Shown one piece after another: positions 6,712-14,927 of a DNA stretch of 24,000 bases. The notes below the pieces were generated by a model. It did not search any database and was not told the origin of the DNA. It worked only from the letters and a program-made list of their open reading frames with translations. The stretch comes from Pyrinomonadaceae bacterium. Its GTDB lineage: Bacteria > Acidobacteriota > Blastocatellia > Pyrinomonadales > Pyrinomonadaceae. Numbering within the stretch: position 1 is the first letter of the stretch; each line of letters begins with the position of its first letter. The stretch lies in assembly GCA_036387235.1 (NCBI GenBank), contig DASVUD010000028.1, forward strand, positions 3,129-27,128, written 5' to 3'. Both the position numbers and the translations under genes were made by a program.

Positions 6712-9504
6712 TCAGCGTAGATTCTGCCCGATCTGCTCCGTGCCGAACGTGCCGATGCCGTTTAAGCGGAAACTGAAGACGACGCGGTTTTCTTTGCGCA
6801 GGCCGATGTTGAAGAACGAGTCTTGCAGCGTGACGGCGCAGCAATCCCAGGCGTAGCCGACCGTGACGGTCGAACTGACGAGCGGCGAGTTTTTGCCCGG
6901 CCGGTTCTGGAAGTCGAAGAAGACGCCCGCGCCGCCGAACAGCCCGCGCTCGCGGTTGCCGAGGAAAATGTATGGGCTCCATTGCGCGCCGCGCAACGTC
7001 CCCGCCTCTTTGCCGCGCGCGTCCGCAAATTGACGCAAGCTCGGCGCGAGCGAGATGGCGCGCGTGTAGTAGAAAGTCTGAAACGCCTGCACGAGCCGTC
7101 GATTGATGCCGAAGCTGACGGACAGGTCGCGCACTCCGCCGCCCTGCACGTCGAGGTTGGTGCGCACGTCGGCCGTCAGGTTCGGGTGCGGGCGATAGCG
7201 CGCCTCGATGTTGATGGGCGAGAAGCGGCGCGGCACGCCTCCGTAGGTGAACCCGGAGAAAGTGTTGATCGGATAGAACTGGTTGCGCCTTCCGGCAACG
7301 AGCGCGCCGCCGAAATACGGGTCGAAGAAATACTTGCCGCGCACCGTGATCGACAGCACCTCTTCGGGACGACTCGACACGGGCAGGAGCGACGACCTGC
7401 CGCCGTTCTTCCCTCGCCCGCTCGCACCGCCGTTCGCCACGCTATCGCCCGCCGCGTCGTCTGTGGCATTGACGGTGCGCGGCGTCTTGCCGCTCACGTT
7501 CTCGGTCGAGTGGCGCGTGAAGAAGCGGTTGGAGATGCCGTACTCGATCTCGTTCGTGTCGGCGATGGCGTCGGTCGAGTCGAAGCGGATGATGCGCGGA
7601 AAATTGTTGATGCCCGTGATCTTCCGGTAGATGATGTAAGGCTCGATGACGTGACGAAAGCGCAGAGAGTCGTCGCCGCGATAAAAGTTGCGCGCGAGCG
7701 CCGGAGGCCGCACGTCGAAACTCAGGTTGGCGTAGGCGCGCGACACGTCGCGGCCGAGCACGAGACGCGTCAGCGGATCGATGGAGTTGGAATAGTAAGT
7801 GCCGCGCAGGGCGGCCGTCGCCGTCGCCGACCAGCCGCGAAAGTAGACGGGGACGGCGAAGGTCGGGGTCACGTCGAGACGCTGCACGACCGAAGGCGTG
7901 ATGACGGGTTCGCCGTCCGCCTCTAAGCGAAACTGCGCGAGGTTTTCCACCGTCTCCTTGCGGCTCACGCCTTCGAGCGCGCCGTCGAACGAGAAATAGA
8001 CGGCCAGACGTTCAAAGTAACTGAGAGGCGAAGGGCGCTTCTGCAATTCGATGCTCGGCAAATTGCGGATGCGGATGCGCGCGTTCGGCAAAGACGTGAC
8101 TTGATTGCGCGCGAGAAAATTGAAGCTGTAGTCGCCCGCGTTTTTGTTGATGAAGACCTGCGAGCGTTCTTCGGGCGAGATGGCCTGCTGGATGTTGTCG
8201 GAGAAGACCTGCCGGAAGGCCAGATTGGAAGTGATGTTGATGTCGGCGGCGGCGAGAAAACCGTTCGGGAAATAATGCACGCCGTCCACGTAGAAACTCG
8301 ACCCGCCCTGATCCGGTCGCTCCGCAGATTCCTTTCCGCCGAAGATGCGATCCTTGACGGTGTAGAAACCGAGATTGAAATAGGAGCGCGAGTTGGCGCG
8401 CGTGCGCAGGTCTGCGCCGAAGCCGAGGCCGCGCCGCGTGAAGATGTCGTTTCTGAGCGTCACGTCGGCCGAGCGTCCGAGCGTCTGGTAGTAGGCGTTC
8501 GAGAGGCGAAAGCCTTTCTTGCCCGAACCGCTGAAGGTCGGCGTGAGAAAGCCGGACGCGCGGTCGCGTCGCTTGAGCGAGACGGAGACGTAAGGCAGCG
8601 GGATGATCGTGACGCCCTTTACTTTGAACTTCGGATTGCGCGCGCGCACGCGGTCGTTCAGAGTGATCTCGGCACGCTTGGCGGTGAAACTCCACTTCGG
8701 CGTCTCTTCGTCGCAGGCCGTGATCTCGCCGTTGAGGATGACGATGCGATTGGCCGACACCTTCTCGACGCTGTCGGCCGTGAAGTAGATGACCGTGCCG
8801 TCTTCGGTCTGGTTCGTGAAGCCCGTGGAGTTGATGAAGAAGCCGAGCTTGGTGGCGTAGTTGAACTCGGCGCGCGTGCCCGTGATGCGCTGCAACTCGC
8901 CTTGGTCGAAGACGACGTTGCCTTCGGCGACGACGCGGTTCGTCGCCTCGTAGACGGTCAACTTGTCGGCCTGCAAACGAAAGATGCCGATGCGCGCATC
9001 GACGTTCCCTTCGTTGACCACGACGCGCGCGCCCTCCGGCCCCGTCACGGTCTGCTTGTCCGTGTTGATGTCTAAATTTTCGGTCGATTGTCCCTGCGCG
9101 CCGTCGCCCCGGCGCACGGGCAGCCGCGGCCGGATCGGTTGCTCCTGTTGCAGAGGGTTGACGTTCGGCGTGTCCGTGATCGGATTGAGCACCTTGCGCT
9201 CGACCGGGTTCGCCTGTTGCTGCTGTGCGAGCGCGTGCGGCGCAGACGCGCCGTAGAAACACGCGACGAGACAGAGCGAGGCGCACCCCGCCAAGAGGCG
9301 GCGCGCCGTGGAGAGCCGGAGAATTTTGTTGCCGAAGAGGGAACGCAAGAGTGGAGCCGAAAGACCTCCGCCGCCTGAACAACGAGCGCGCGCCTGCCGC
9401 CACTTTCTCGTGCGACCACAGGCGCGCTGCCAAAGCGCGGCGATGCTAACATGCGTCGCCAACGACGGACAAGCAAACAGCCTCTCCGGCGCGTTTCTCG
9501 CCAC
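6712..9504 (-). CDS. lptD: LPS-assembly outer-membrane protein LptD (OstA family)
   Basis: OstA-like N-terminal motifs: ADKLTVYEATNRVVAEGNVVFDQGELQRITG and FTADSVEKVSANRIVILNGEITACD. LptD-type C-terminal barrel region: GFLTPTFSGSGKKGFRLSNAYYQTLGRSADVT.... The stop is secure. The start is uncertain: the maximal ORF begins at 9504, but an in-frame TTG at 9348 would give (M)RSLFGNKILRLSTARRLLAGCASLCLVACFYGASAPHALAQQQ, a much better signal peptide. Confidence 0.9.
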   Translation of the reverse strand: MARNAPERLFACPSLATHVSIAALWQRACGRTRKWRQARARCSGGGGLSAPLLRSLFGNKILRLSTARRLLAGCASLCLVACFYGASAPHALAQQQQANPVERKVLNPITDTPNVNPLQQEQPIRPRLPVRRGDGAQGQSTENLDINTDKQTVTGPEGARVVVNEGNVDARIGIFRLQADKLTVYEATNRVVAEGNVVFDQGELQRITGTRAEFNYATKLGFFINSTGFTNQTEDGTVIYFTADSVEKVSANRIVILNGEITACDEETPKWSFTAKRAEITLNDRVRARNPKFKVKGVTIIPLPYVSVSLKRRDRASGFLTPTFSGSGKKGFRLSNAYYQTLGRSADVTLRNDIFTRRGLGFGADLRTRANSRSYFNLGFYTVKDRIFGGKESAERPDQGGSSFYVDGVHYFPNGFLAAADINITSNLAFRQVFSDNIQQAISPEERSQVFINKNAGDYSFNFLARNQVTSLPNARIRIRNLPSIELQKRPSPLSYFERLAVYFSFDGALEGVSRKETVENLAQFRLEADGEPVITPSVVQRLDVTPTFAVPVYFRGWSATATAALRGTYYSNSIDPLTRLVLGRDVSRAYANLSFDVRPPALARNFYRGDDSLRFRHVIEPYIIYRKITGINNFPRIIRFDSTDAIADTNEIEYGISNRFFTRHSTENVSGKTPRTVNATDDAAGDSVANGGASGRGKNGGRSSLLPVSSRPEEVLSITVRGKYFFDPYFGGALVAGRRNQFYPINTFSGFTYGGVPRRFSPINIEARYRPHPNLTADVRTNLDVQGGGVRDLSVSFGINRRLVQAFQTFYYTRAISLAPSLRQFADARGKEAGTLRGAQWSPYIFLGNRERGLFGGAGVFFDFQNRPGKNSPLVSSTVTVGYAWDCCAVTLQDSFFNIGLRKENRVVFSFRLNGIGTFGTEQIGQNLR

Positions 9505-9622
9505 ACCGAACGGCTCACGCGTCGCCCCTTAACCAGAGTTTATGTTGTTGCACGACGACCGTGGGTGTACTATTCAGCCTTACCCTGCACTAACCTAAAG
9601 TGTGCAACTCTTCGAGGCCGTG

Positions 9623-10399
9623 ATGTCAACTTTCAACGATTACACGCCGCGCGAGATCGCGGCCTTTAGAGAGCGCTTGCAAGAGGCTTTGAAGGAGTGC
9701 GCGCAGCTACAGGAGGCCGCGCAAGTGTGCGCCCGCGCGCTCTACGAAGAATTTACGGAGTCGGTCGTGCTCGCGCGTCTGTTCGTCACGCTCCCTTTCG
9801 CAGACCTGCCCGCACGCGACCGGGCGTTCGTCTCCGCTCTGGCCGACGCCAAAGGCATCGCGCCGCTCTTGGACGAAAAGACGCAGGTGCTCTCGCTGCT
9901 CGGAACCAACGGCGCGCAGCCCCCTTGGCGCGAACGCTACGAATCGCAAGCGCATCTCGGCATCCCGCTCGTGACGGCCGAGTTCGTCGAATCGATTCCG
10001 ATGGTCGCGCGCTTGATGCACGACATGGGCGTCGGCGCAGGCAGGGCGGACGAAGGCGGGACGGACGTGCTGGTCAAGAATCTGGGACGCGCGGCCGGAG
10101 TCTTCTACGTGCGCGACGCCAAGACGTGGCTCGACGCGCGCAATCGCAAGATCGTCTCGGCGCAGGATTTCGTCGCCGCCAACGACATACGCACGGTCTT
10201 CGGTCTCGGCGGCAGTTATCTGAACGGCAGTTTCGTCGCTATGATCCTGTTCACGCGCGAAATCATCGAACAGTCTCAAGCAGAGGCTTTCATGCTGCTG
10301 GTCAATACCTTCAAGACCGTCACACTCAGCCTCGTGATGGACGGCGCGCTCTTTCCCCGCGCGGAGAGCGCAACACGCCCCGCGCCCCGCACAACTTAA
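9623..10399 (+). CDS. Hypothetical protein, 258 aa, no family recognised
   Basis: Normal-looking amino-acid composition and GC3-rich codons, unlike the overlapping Arg-rich ORFs 9697..10749(+) and 9707..10279(-). I prefer ATG 9623 (GAGG 5 nt upstream) to the listed GTG 9602. The protein begins MSTFNDYTPREIAAFRERLQEALKE. No signal peptide or TM segment is visible. Confidence 0.75.
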   Translation: MSTFNDYTPREIAAFRERLQEALKECAQLQEAAQVCARALYEEFTESVVLARLFVTLPFADLPARDRAFVSALADAKGIAPLLDEKTQVLSLLGTNGAQPPWRERYESQAHLGIPLVTAEFVESIPMVARLMHDMGVGAGRADEGGTDVLVKNLGRAAGVFYVRDAKTWLDARNRKIVSAQDFVAANDIRTVFGLGGSYLNGSFVAMILFTREIIEQSQAEAFMLLVNTFKTVTLSLVMDGALFPRAESATRPAPRTT

Positions 10400-10400
10400 T

Positions 10401-11372
10401 TCACCCCGCGCGCCGCGCGTCGTCCGCGCCGATCCGGAAACGACGGCACAGGTCGCGTGCGGCCGCAGGCCAAGTGGGGAAGCGAAACTCGAACCCGCTC
10501 TCCAAGAGTCTCGCGGGCACGACGCGCCGGCTCTTGAGCACGAGTTCCGTTTCGCTGCGCATCAGGAACGCGCCCGCACTGAGCATCAGGCGCGTCGCCG
10601 GAAGACCGATGGGCATGCCCCACGCCTCGCGCAACGCGCGCATGAACTCCGCGTTCGTGACGGGGTTCGGCGCGGCGAGGTTGATCGCCCCTACTAGTTC
10701 CTCGTGCTCGATGAGCCACTCGACCGCGCGCACGAAATCTTCATCGTGAATCCAAGAGACGTACTGCCGCCCGTCGCCGGATTGCCCGCCGAGTCCGAAA
10801 CGCACGAGCCTGAGCAAAGTGTCGAACGCGCCGCCCCGGTCGGGACTCATGATCACGGCCGCGCGGAGTTTCAACTTTCGCGTCCCGGGCGTCGGCGCTT
10901 CGTCAACGGCGCGCTCCCAAGCGGTCGCCACGTCAATACTGAAACGCCAAGAGGCGGGCGCGTCCGGTTCCGTGCCGCCGATGATGCCCGTCGTCTCGTC
11001 GTTCGGCGCGTCGAAGCGGTGCGCGTAGATGGTGGCGGTGCTCATCTGTAACCAGACGCGCGGCGGGTGCACGGCACGCGCGATTGCCTCGCCCACGACG
11101 CGCGCCGAGTTGACGCGCGACTCCAAGATGGCGCGCCGGTTCGCCTCGTTGTAGCGACAGTTCACGCTGCGCCCGGCCAGATTGATGACCGCATGCGCGC
11201 CCTCCAGCTCCGACGCCCAAGGCCCCAACGTCTCCGCGTCCCACCGGACGACGCGCCAAGCCGCGCGCTGAGGGCTGCGACTCAAGACCACGACCTCGTG
11301 CCCGCCTTCCCGCAAGGCACGCGCCAGCACCGTCCCGACCTGCCCCGTCCCGCCCGGCAACACGATCTTCAT
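10401..11372 (-). CDS. NAD-dependent epimerase/dehydratase-family protein with DUF1731 C-terminus (TIGR01777 / YfcH-like SDR)
   Basis: N-terminal Rossmann motif MKIVLPGGTGQVGTVL. The motifs INLAG, YVSWIHDEDFVRAV and the C-terminal ...PARLLESGFEFRFP are typical of the YfcH/SDR39U1 group. Strong SD (GGGAGGTGG) 5-8 nt upstream of ATG 11372. Confidence 0.9.
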   Translation of the reverse strand: MKIVLPGGTGQVGTVLARALREGGHEVVVLSRSPQRAAWRVVRWDAETLGPWASELEGAHAVINLAGRSVNCRYNEANRRAILESRVNSARVVGEAIARAVHPPRVWLQMSTATIYAHRFDAPNDETTGIIGGTEPDAPASWRFSIDVATAWERAVDEAPTPGTRKLKLRAAVIMSPDRGGAFDTLLRLVRFGLGGQSGDGRQYVSWIHDEDFVRAVEWLIEHEELVGAINLAAPNPVTNAEFMRALREAWGMPIGLPATRLMLSAGAFLMRSETELVLKSRRVVPARLLESGFEFRFPTWPAAARDLCRRFRIGADDARRAG

Positions 11373-11410
11373 CTAGTCCACCTCCCGCTTCGGACAACAC
11401 GATAACCTCT

Positions 11411-11478
11411 CGCGTGATAATAGCAACTCCCGCTCGCCCCCTGTCGCACGCCTGCGCGGCAGTTGCTATTATCGCGCG
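11411..11478. promoter_or_regulatory. 23-nt inverted repeat (13-bp perfect core) in the divergent epimerase/lpxB control region
   Basis: Left arm cgcgtgataatagcaactcccgc (11411..11433) and right arm gcggcagttgctattatcgcgcg (11456..11478) are reverse complements with 2 mismatches. The perfect core is gataatagcaact (11416..11428) with agttgctattatc (11461..11473). Each arm carries GATAAT on its outward-reading strand. The right arm ends 2 nt before ATG 11481. Confidence 0.55.
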
Positions 11479-11480
11479 CG

Positions 11481-12689
11481 ATGCGGAGAGAGACGGAGGG
11501 AAATCTGCGTTTGATGATCGTGGCGGGCGAGGCTTCGGGCGACGCGCACGCAGCCTCGCTCGTGCGGGCTTTGCGCGAGCGCGCGCCGGGCGTGACGTTC
11601 GAGTTTTTCGGCGCGACGGGGCGCGAGATGCGCGCCGCCGGAGTCGAGTCCATCGTCGAGACGGACGACCTCTCGATCACCGGCCTGATGGAGATCGGCG
11701 GCGCGCTCAAACAGTTCTGGCGCGCCTATCAAAAGCTCAAACGCGCCGGACGGGAGCGCGCGCCCGACGCCGTCGTCCTCGTCGATTGGCCTGACTTCAA
11801 CTTGCGCCTCGCGCGTTTCTTCCGCCGCCAAGGCGTCCGCGCCATCTATTACATCAGCCCGCAACTCTGGGCTTGGCGCGAACACCGCACGCGCAACATC
11901 CGGCGCGACGTAGACCTCCTGCTCGCCATCTTGCCCTTCGAGCCCGCTTGGTACGCCGCGCGCGGCATCTCGCACGTCGAGTTCACCGGACACCCTCTGA
12001 CCGGCGAAGTGCGCGCGCGCTACGACCGCGCCGAGTTTTGCCGCCGCCACGCGCTCGACCCCGCGCGCCCCTTGCTCGCGCTTCTGCCCGGCAGTCGCCG
12101 CAAAGAACTCTTGCGCATCCTCCCGCACATGATCGACGCGGCGCAACGCATTCAAGACGCTCGCCCCGGCGCGCAGTTCGTCGTCGCGCTTGCGCCCAAC
12201 CGTGCAACCGAAGAGGCGCGGTCGATTGTGGACGCTGTAACGCTCGACGCAGATCACACAGACCTCGCGCGCGCCATCCGCATCACCCGACACGAGACGC
12301 GCGAAGCGCTCGGCGCGGCGGACGCGGCGGCCGTCGCCAGCGGCACGGCCACGCTCGAAGCCGCGCTGCTTGAAACGCCGCTCGTCGTCGTCTACAAAGA
12401 ATCCTTCATCAACTGGCACACGCTCGGCCGTCTCATCAAGACGGAACACTTCGGTCTCGTCAACCTCATCGCGGGCGAACGCCTCGCCCCGGAACTCATG
12501 CAGAACGACTTCACAGGCGACACGCTCGCCGCCGAACTACTGAAACTCTTAGACCCCGCGCAGAACGCCGAGACGCGCCGACGCCTTCGCGCCGCCACCC
12601 GGACGCTCGGCGCGGGCGGCGCTTCCCGTCGCGCCGCCGAAGTTATTCTTCAAGCTGTTCAGAAGTGGAAAAAAGAGCAGCCGGATTAG
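11481..12689 (+). CDS. lpxB: Lipid-A-disaccharide synthase LpxB
   Basis: LRLMIVAGEASGDAHAASLVRAL, DWPDFNLRLA, YYISPQLWAWR and GTATLEAALLETPLVVVYK match the LpxB (GT19) pattern. The start is ambiguous: listed TTG 11463, ATG 11481, or ATG 11514. The last has GGAGG 12 nt upstream and gives MIVAGEASGD. Confidence 0.9.
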   Translation: MRRETEGNLRLMIVAGEASGDAHAASLVRALRERAPGVTFEFFGATGREMRAAGVESIVETDDLSITGLMEIGGALKQFWRAYQKLKRAGRERAPDAVVLVDWPDFNLRLARFFRRQGVRAIYYISPQLWAWREHRTRNIRRDVDLLLAILPFEPAWYAARGISHVEFTGHPLTGEVRARYDRAEFCRRHALDPARPLLALLPGSRRKELLRILPHMIDAAQRIQDARPGAQFVVALAPNRATEEARSIVDAVTLDADHTDLARAIRITRHETREALGAADAAAVASGTATLEAALLETPLVVVYKESFINWHTLGRLIKTEHFGLVNLIAGERLAPELMQNDFTGDTLAAELLKLLDPAQNAETRRRLRAATRTLGAGGASRRAAEVILQAVQKWKKEQPD

Positions 12690-12693
12690 GCGT

Positions 12694-12734
12694 GTTCAAT
12701 TTTTAGGTGAGTTCAATTTTAGGTGAGTTCAATT
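12694..12734 (+). repeat. AT-rich tandem direct repeat, 16-17 nt unit x ~2.5
   Basis: gttcaatttttaggtga (12694..12710), gttcaattttaggtga (12711..12726), gttcaatt (12727..12734). The preceding attaggcgt (12685..12693) resembles a unit end and contains the lpxB stop TAG (12687..12689). Confidence 0.7.
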
Positions 12735-12756
12735 CAAGAGCAACTAACAAAACCAT

Positions 12757-12832
12757 GAAACCACGAATTCACACGAAGCCACACTAAACTCTTCTTCGTG
12801 TTGTTTCGTGTGAATTCGTGGTTTCGCTTTTT
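12757..12832. terminator. Hairpin element copy D; bidirectional intrinsic terminator between convergent lpxB and lpxD
   Basis: gaaaccacgaattcacacgaa (12757..12777) pairs perfectly with ttcgtgtgaattcgtggtttc (12805..12825). An inner acac/gtgt extension leaves the loop taaactcttcttc. A TTTTT tract follows on the + strand (12828..12832), and GGTTTTGTT follows on the minus-strand reading. Confidence 0.75.
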
Positions 12833-12881
12833 CAGATGCTCTAAGCAAATGTCGTGCGTGTCGTGTCCGTCGTGCGTTTTG

Positions 12882-13997
12882 CTAGTCGTTGCTCGTTTCC
12901 GTATCGGTCGTTTTCGCGTTCGCGCTCTCGTCAAGGCGCGCCGTCAGCTCCCGCACCTGTCGCTTGAGTTCGTCGATCTCCGCGCGCATCTGCGGCAGCC
13001 GACCGAAATGTGCGTTCAAGCGTTTGTACTCATCTAGTGGACGCACGGGCACGCCCCACACGACCGTGCCCGCGCGCACGATCTTGCCCGGCAGTATCCC
13101 CGCCTTCGACCCGACGACGGCTCCCGCCTCCACGCGCGCATGATCGCCCATCCCGACCTGTCCACCGATCACCGCGTCCGACCCGACCACGGTGCTGCCC
13201 GAAATTCCCGTCTGCGCCGCGATCACGACGCGCTCGCCGATCTCCACGTTGTGGCCGACGTGCACGAGATTATCGAGTTTCGTCCCGCGCCCGATGCGCG
13301 TCTCTCCGAGCGCGCCGCGATCCACGCACGAGTTCGCGCCGATCTCCACGTCGTCCTCGATGACGACCGTGCCCACCTGCGGAAATTTGTGATAGCCGTC
13401 ACGCCCGCGCACGTATCCGAACCCGTCCGCCCCGACAACGACGCCCGCGTGCAACACGACCCGACTCCCCACACGCACGCCCTCGTACAACACCACGTTC
13501 GGATGCAGCACGCACTCCGCGCCGACCTCCACGCCCTCTCCGATAACTGTGCCCGCCAACAATTGTGTCCCCCGCCCGACCCGCGCGCCTTCGCCGACCA
13601 CCGCGTGCGCGCCGATGTAGACATCTTCCTCCACCCGTGCCGCCTCGGCCACCGACGCCGTCGGATGGATTTCACCGGCTCGCCGTCTCCGCGCATGCAA
13701 CACCTCCGCCACGAGCGCGAACGCCAACTTCGGCCGCGCCACCTCGACGAGCGTCGCCGCAAACTCGCCCGCCGTCTCCCCCACGCCTTCCGGCACGAGC
13801 AGGCACGACGCGCGGCTCGCCCTCGCCCCTTCCAAAAATTTCCCTTCCTCGACGAAACTGACCGCCCCCGCGTCCGCCGCCTCAAGGCTCGCCACGCGCT
13901 CGATCAAAACTCCCTCGCCGTCGCTCCCGACCACACGCCCACCCGCAAGCGCGGCCAACTCCGCGACCGTCATCCGTCGTCTGTTTTCATTGTCCAT
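12882..13997 (-). CDS. lpxD: UDP-3-O-acylglucosamine N-acyltransferase LpxD
   Basis: N-terminal domain ([19 protein letters not shown]...[23 protein letters not shown]) followed by a long left-handed beta-helix of hexapeptide repeats and a C-terminal helix. The true start may be the second ATG at 13973 (MTVAELA...). There is an extra coiled-coil/acidic tail: ...[32 protein letters not shown]. Confidence 0.95.
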   Translation of the reverse strand: MDNENRRRMTVAELAALAGGRVVGSDGEGVLIERVASLEAADAGAVSFVEEGKFLEGARASRASCLLVPEGVGETAGEFAATLVEVARPKLAFALVAEVLHARRRRAGEIHPTASVAEAARVEEDVYIGAHAVVGEGARVGRGTQLLAGTVIGEGVEVGAECVLHPNVVLYEGVRVGSRVVLHAGVVVGADGFGYVRGRDGYHKFPQVGTVVIEDDVEIGANSCVDRGALGETRIGRGTKLDNLVHVGHNVEIGERVVIAAQTGISGSTVVGSDAVIGGQVGMGDHARVEAGAVVGSKAGILPGKIVRAGTVVWGVPVRPLDEYKRLNAHFGRLPQMRAEIDELKRQVRELTARLDESANAKTTDTETSND

Positions 13998-14042
13998 AAA
14001 AACTCAATCGCCCGAAGCCTGCACGGCAAAACTGTAACCGAA

Positions 14043-14123
14043 CATTTCAGTCTTCGCCCGTCTCTTCACCATTTCAGCCTTCGTTCGTCTCTGCAACATC
14101 TCAGTCTTCATTCGTCTCTTCCA
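14043..14123. repeat. Three tandem 27-nt direct repeats spanning the lpxA stop and the lpxA-lpxD spacer
   Basis: R1 catttcagtcttcgcccgtctcttcac (14043..14069), R2 catttcagccttcgttcgtctctgcaa (14070..14096), R3 catctcagtcttcattcgtctcttcca (14097..14123). Identity is about 80 percent and the units are contiguous with no spacers. Confidence 0.85.
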
Positions 14124-14910
14124 CGCCACGGCGCGCGCTTCTCTCTTCGCGCGAAAAACCGCGCCGCGAGCCGCGTATGAAATTTGCCAGATGCCGCGCG
14201 TGCTCGTCGTCCATCTGCTCCAGACGCGCGAGCGCATCCGCGAGCGGCAGACGCGCGCGAAACAGAAGTTGATAAGCGCGTCGCAAGGCCAGCCTCGACG
14301 CGGGCGCGAACCCCGCGCGCCGCAAGCCCACCGTGTTCAAACCGCGCACGCGCGCCGGATTCCCGTCCGTCGTAAAGTACGGCAACACGTCCTGCACGAT
14401 CTTCGACTTCCCCCCGACCATCGCATAACGCCCCATCCGCACGAACTGGTGCGCCCCCACGTTGGAAGACAAAAACACGTGATCCTCTACGTGGATGTGC
14501 CCGGCCAGCGCCACGCCGTTCGCAAAGATGTTGTCGTCTCCCACCACGCAGTTGTGCGCGATGTGCACGCCCACCATCAAAAAGTTCCGACTCCCCACGC
14601 GCGTCTCCGCGCCCTCGCCGCTCGCGCGATGCAGCGTCGCCCCCTCTCGGATCAAGTTGTCGTCCCCCACCAACAGACGGCTCGCCTCGCCCCGAAACTT
14701 CACGTCCTGCGGCTCGCCCCCCAAAGTCGCGTGCTCAAAAACCCTGTTGCGCGCCCCCAGCACCGTGTAACGCTTCACGACCGCATGCGCCCCGATCTCG
14801 CACCCCTCGCCAATCGACACGTCATCCTCAATCAGCGCATACGCCCCCACACGCACGCCCGCGCCCAACTCCGCGCGCGGACTGACCACCGCTGTCCGAT
14901 GAATTTCCAT
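14101..14910 (-). CDS. lpxA: Acyl-ACP--UDP-N-acetylglucosamine O-acyltransferase LpxA
   Basis: MEIHRTAVVSPRAELGAGVRVGAYALIEDDVSIGEGCEIGAHAVV..., VGDDNLIREGATLHR, HIAHNCVVGDDNIFANGVALAGHIHVEDHVFL, HQFVRMGRYAMVGG and GLNTVGLRRAGF are colinear with E. coli LpxA as I remember it. The short C-terminal extension (REERSARRGVEETNED) is encoded by repeat R3. Confidence 0.95.
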   Translation of the reverse strand: MEIHRTAVVSPRAELGAGVRVGAYALIEDDVSIGEGCEIGAHAVVKRYTVLGARNRVFEHATLGGEPQDVKFRGEASRLLVGDDNLIREGATLHRASGEGAETRVGSRNFLMVGVHIAHNCVVGDDNIFANGVALAGHIHVEDHVFLSSNVGAHQFVRMGRYAMVGGKSKIVQDVLPYFTTDGNPARVRGLNTVGLRRAGFAPASRLALRRAYQLLFRARLPLADALARLEQMDDEHARHLANFIRGSRRGFSREERSARRGVEETNED

Positions 14911-14927
14911 AAGACTTTTCGACCAGA

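Noticed and set aside
6823-9518. ORFs 8012..9433(-), 8101..9075(+), 6823..7926(+), 9072..9518(-) and smaller ones overlapping lptD
   Set aside because: They are off-frame or antisense to a clear LptD reading frame, and their composition is shadow-like.
9697-11400. ORFs 9697..10749(+, 350 aa), 9707..10279(-), 10396..10719(-), 10704..11051(+), 10933..11400(-)
   Set aside because: They are Arg-rich shadows of the 258-aa hypothetical gene and of the epimerase-family gene.
12734-13037. Small ORFs 12734..12934(-) and 12798..13037(+) in the lpxB/lpxD gap
   Set aside because: They are built from the hairpin and repeat DNA and from the antisense of the lpxD tail. There is no RBS and the composition is odd. 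The region is better explained as a structured non-coding element.
14004-14237. ORF 14004..14237(-), which translates the 27-nt repeats as a K/R-rich nonapeptide repeat (KRRMKTEML QRRTKAEMV KRRAKTEMF)
   Set aside because: It overlaps the lpxA 3-prime end out of frame and has no RBS. The peptide periodicity is simply a consequence of the 27-nt DNA repeat.
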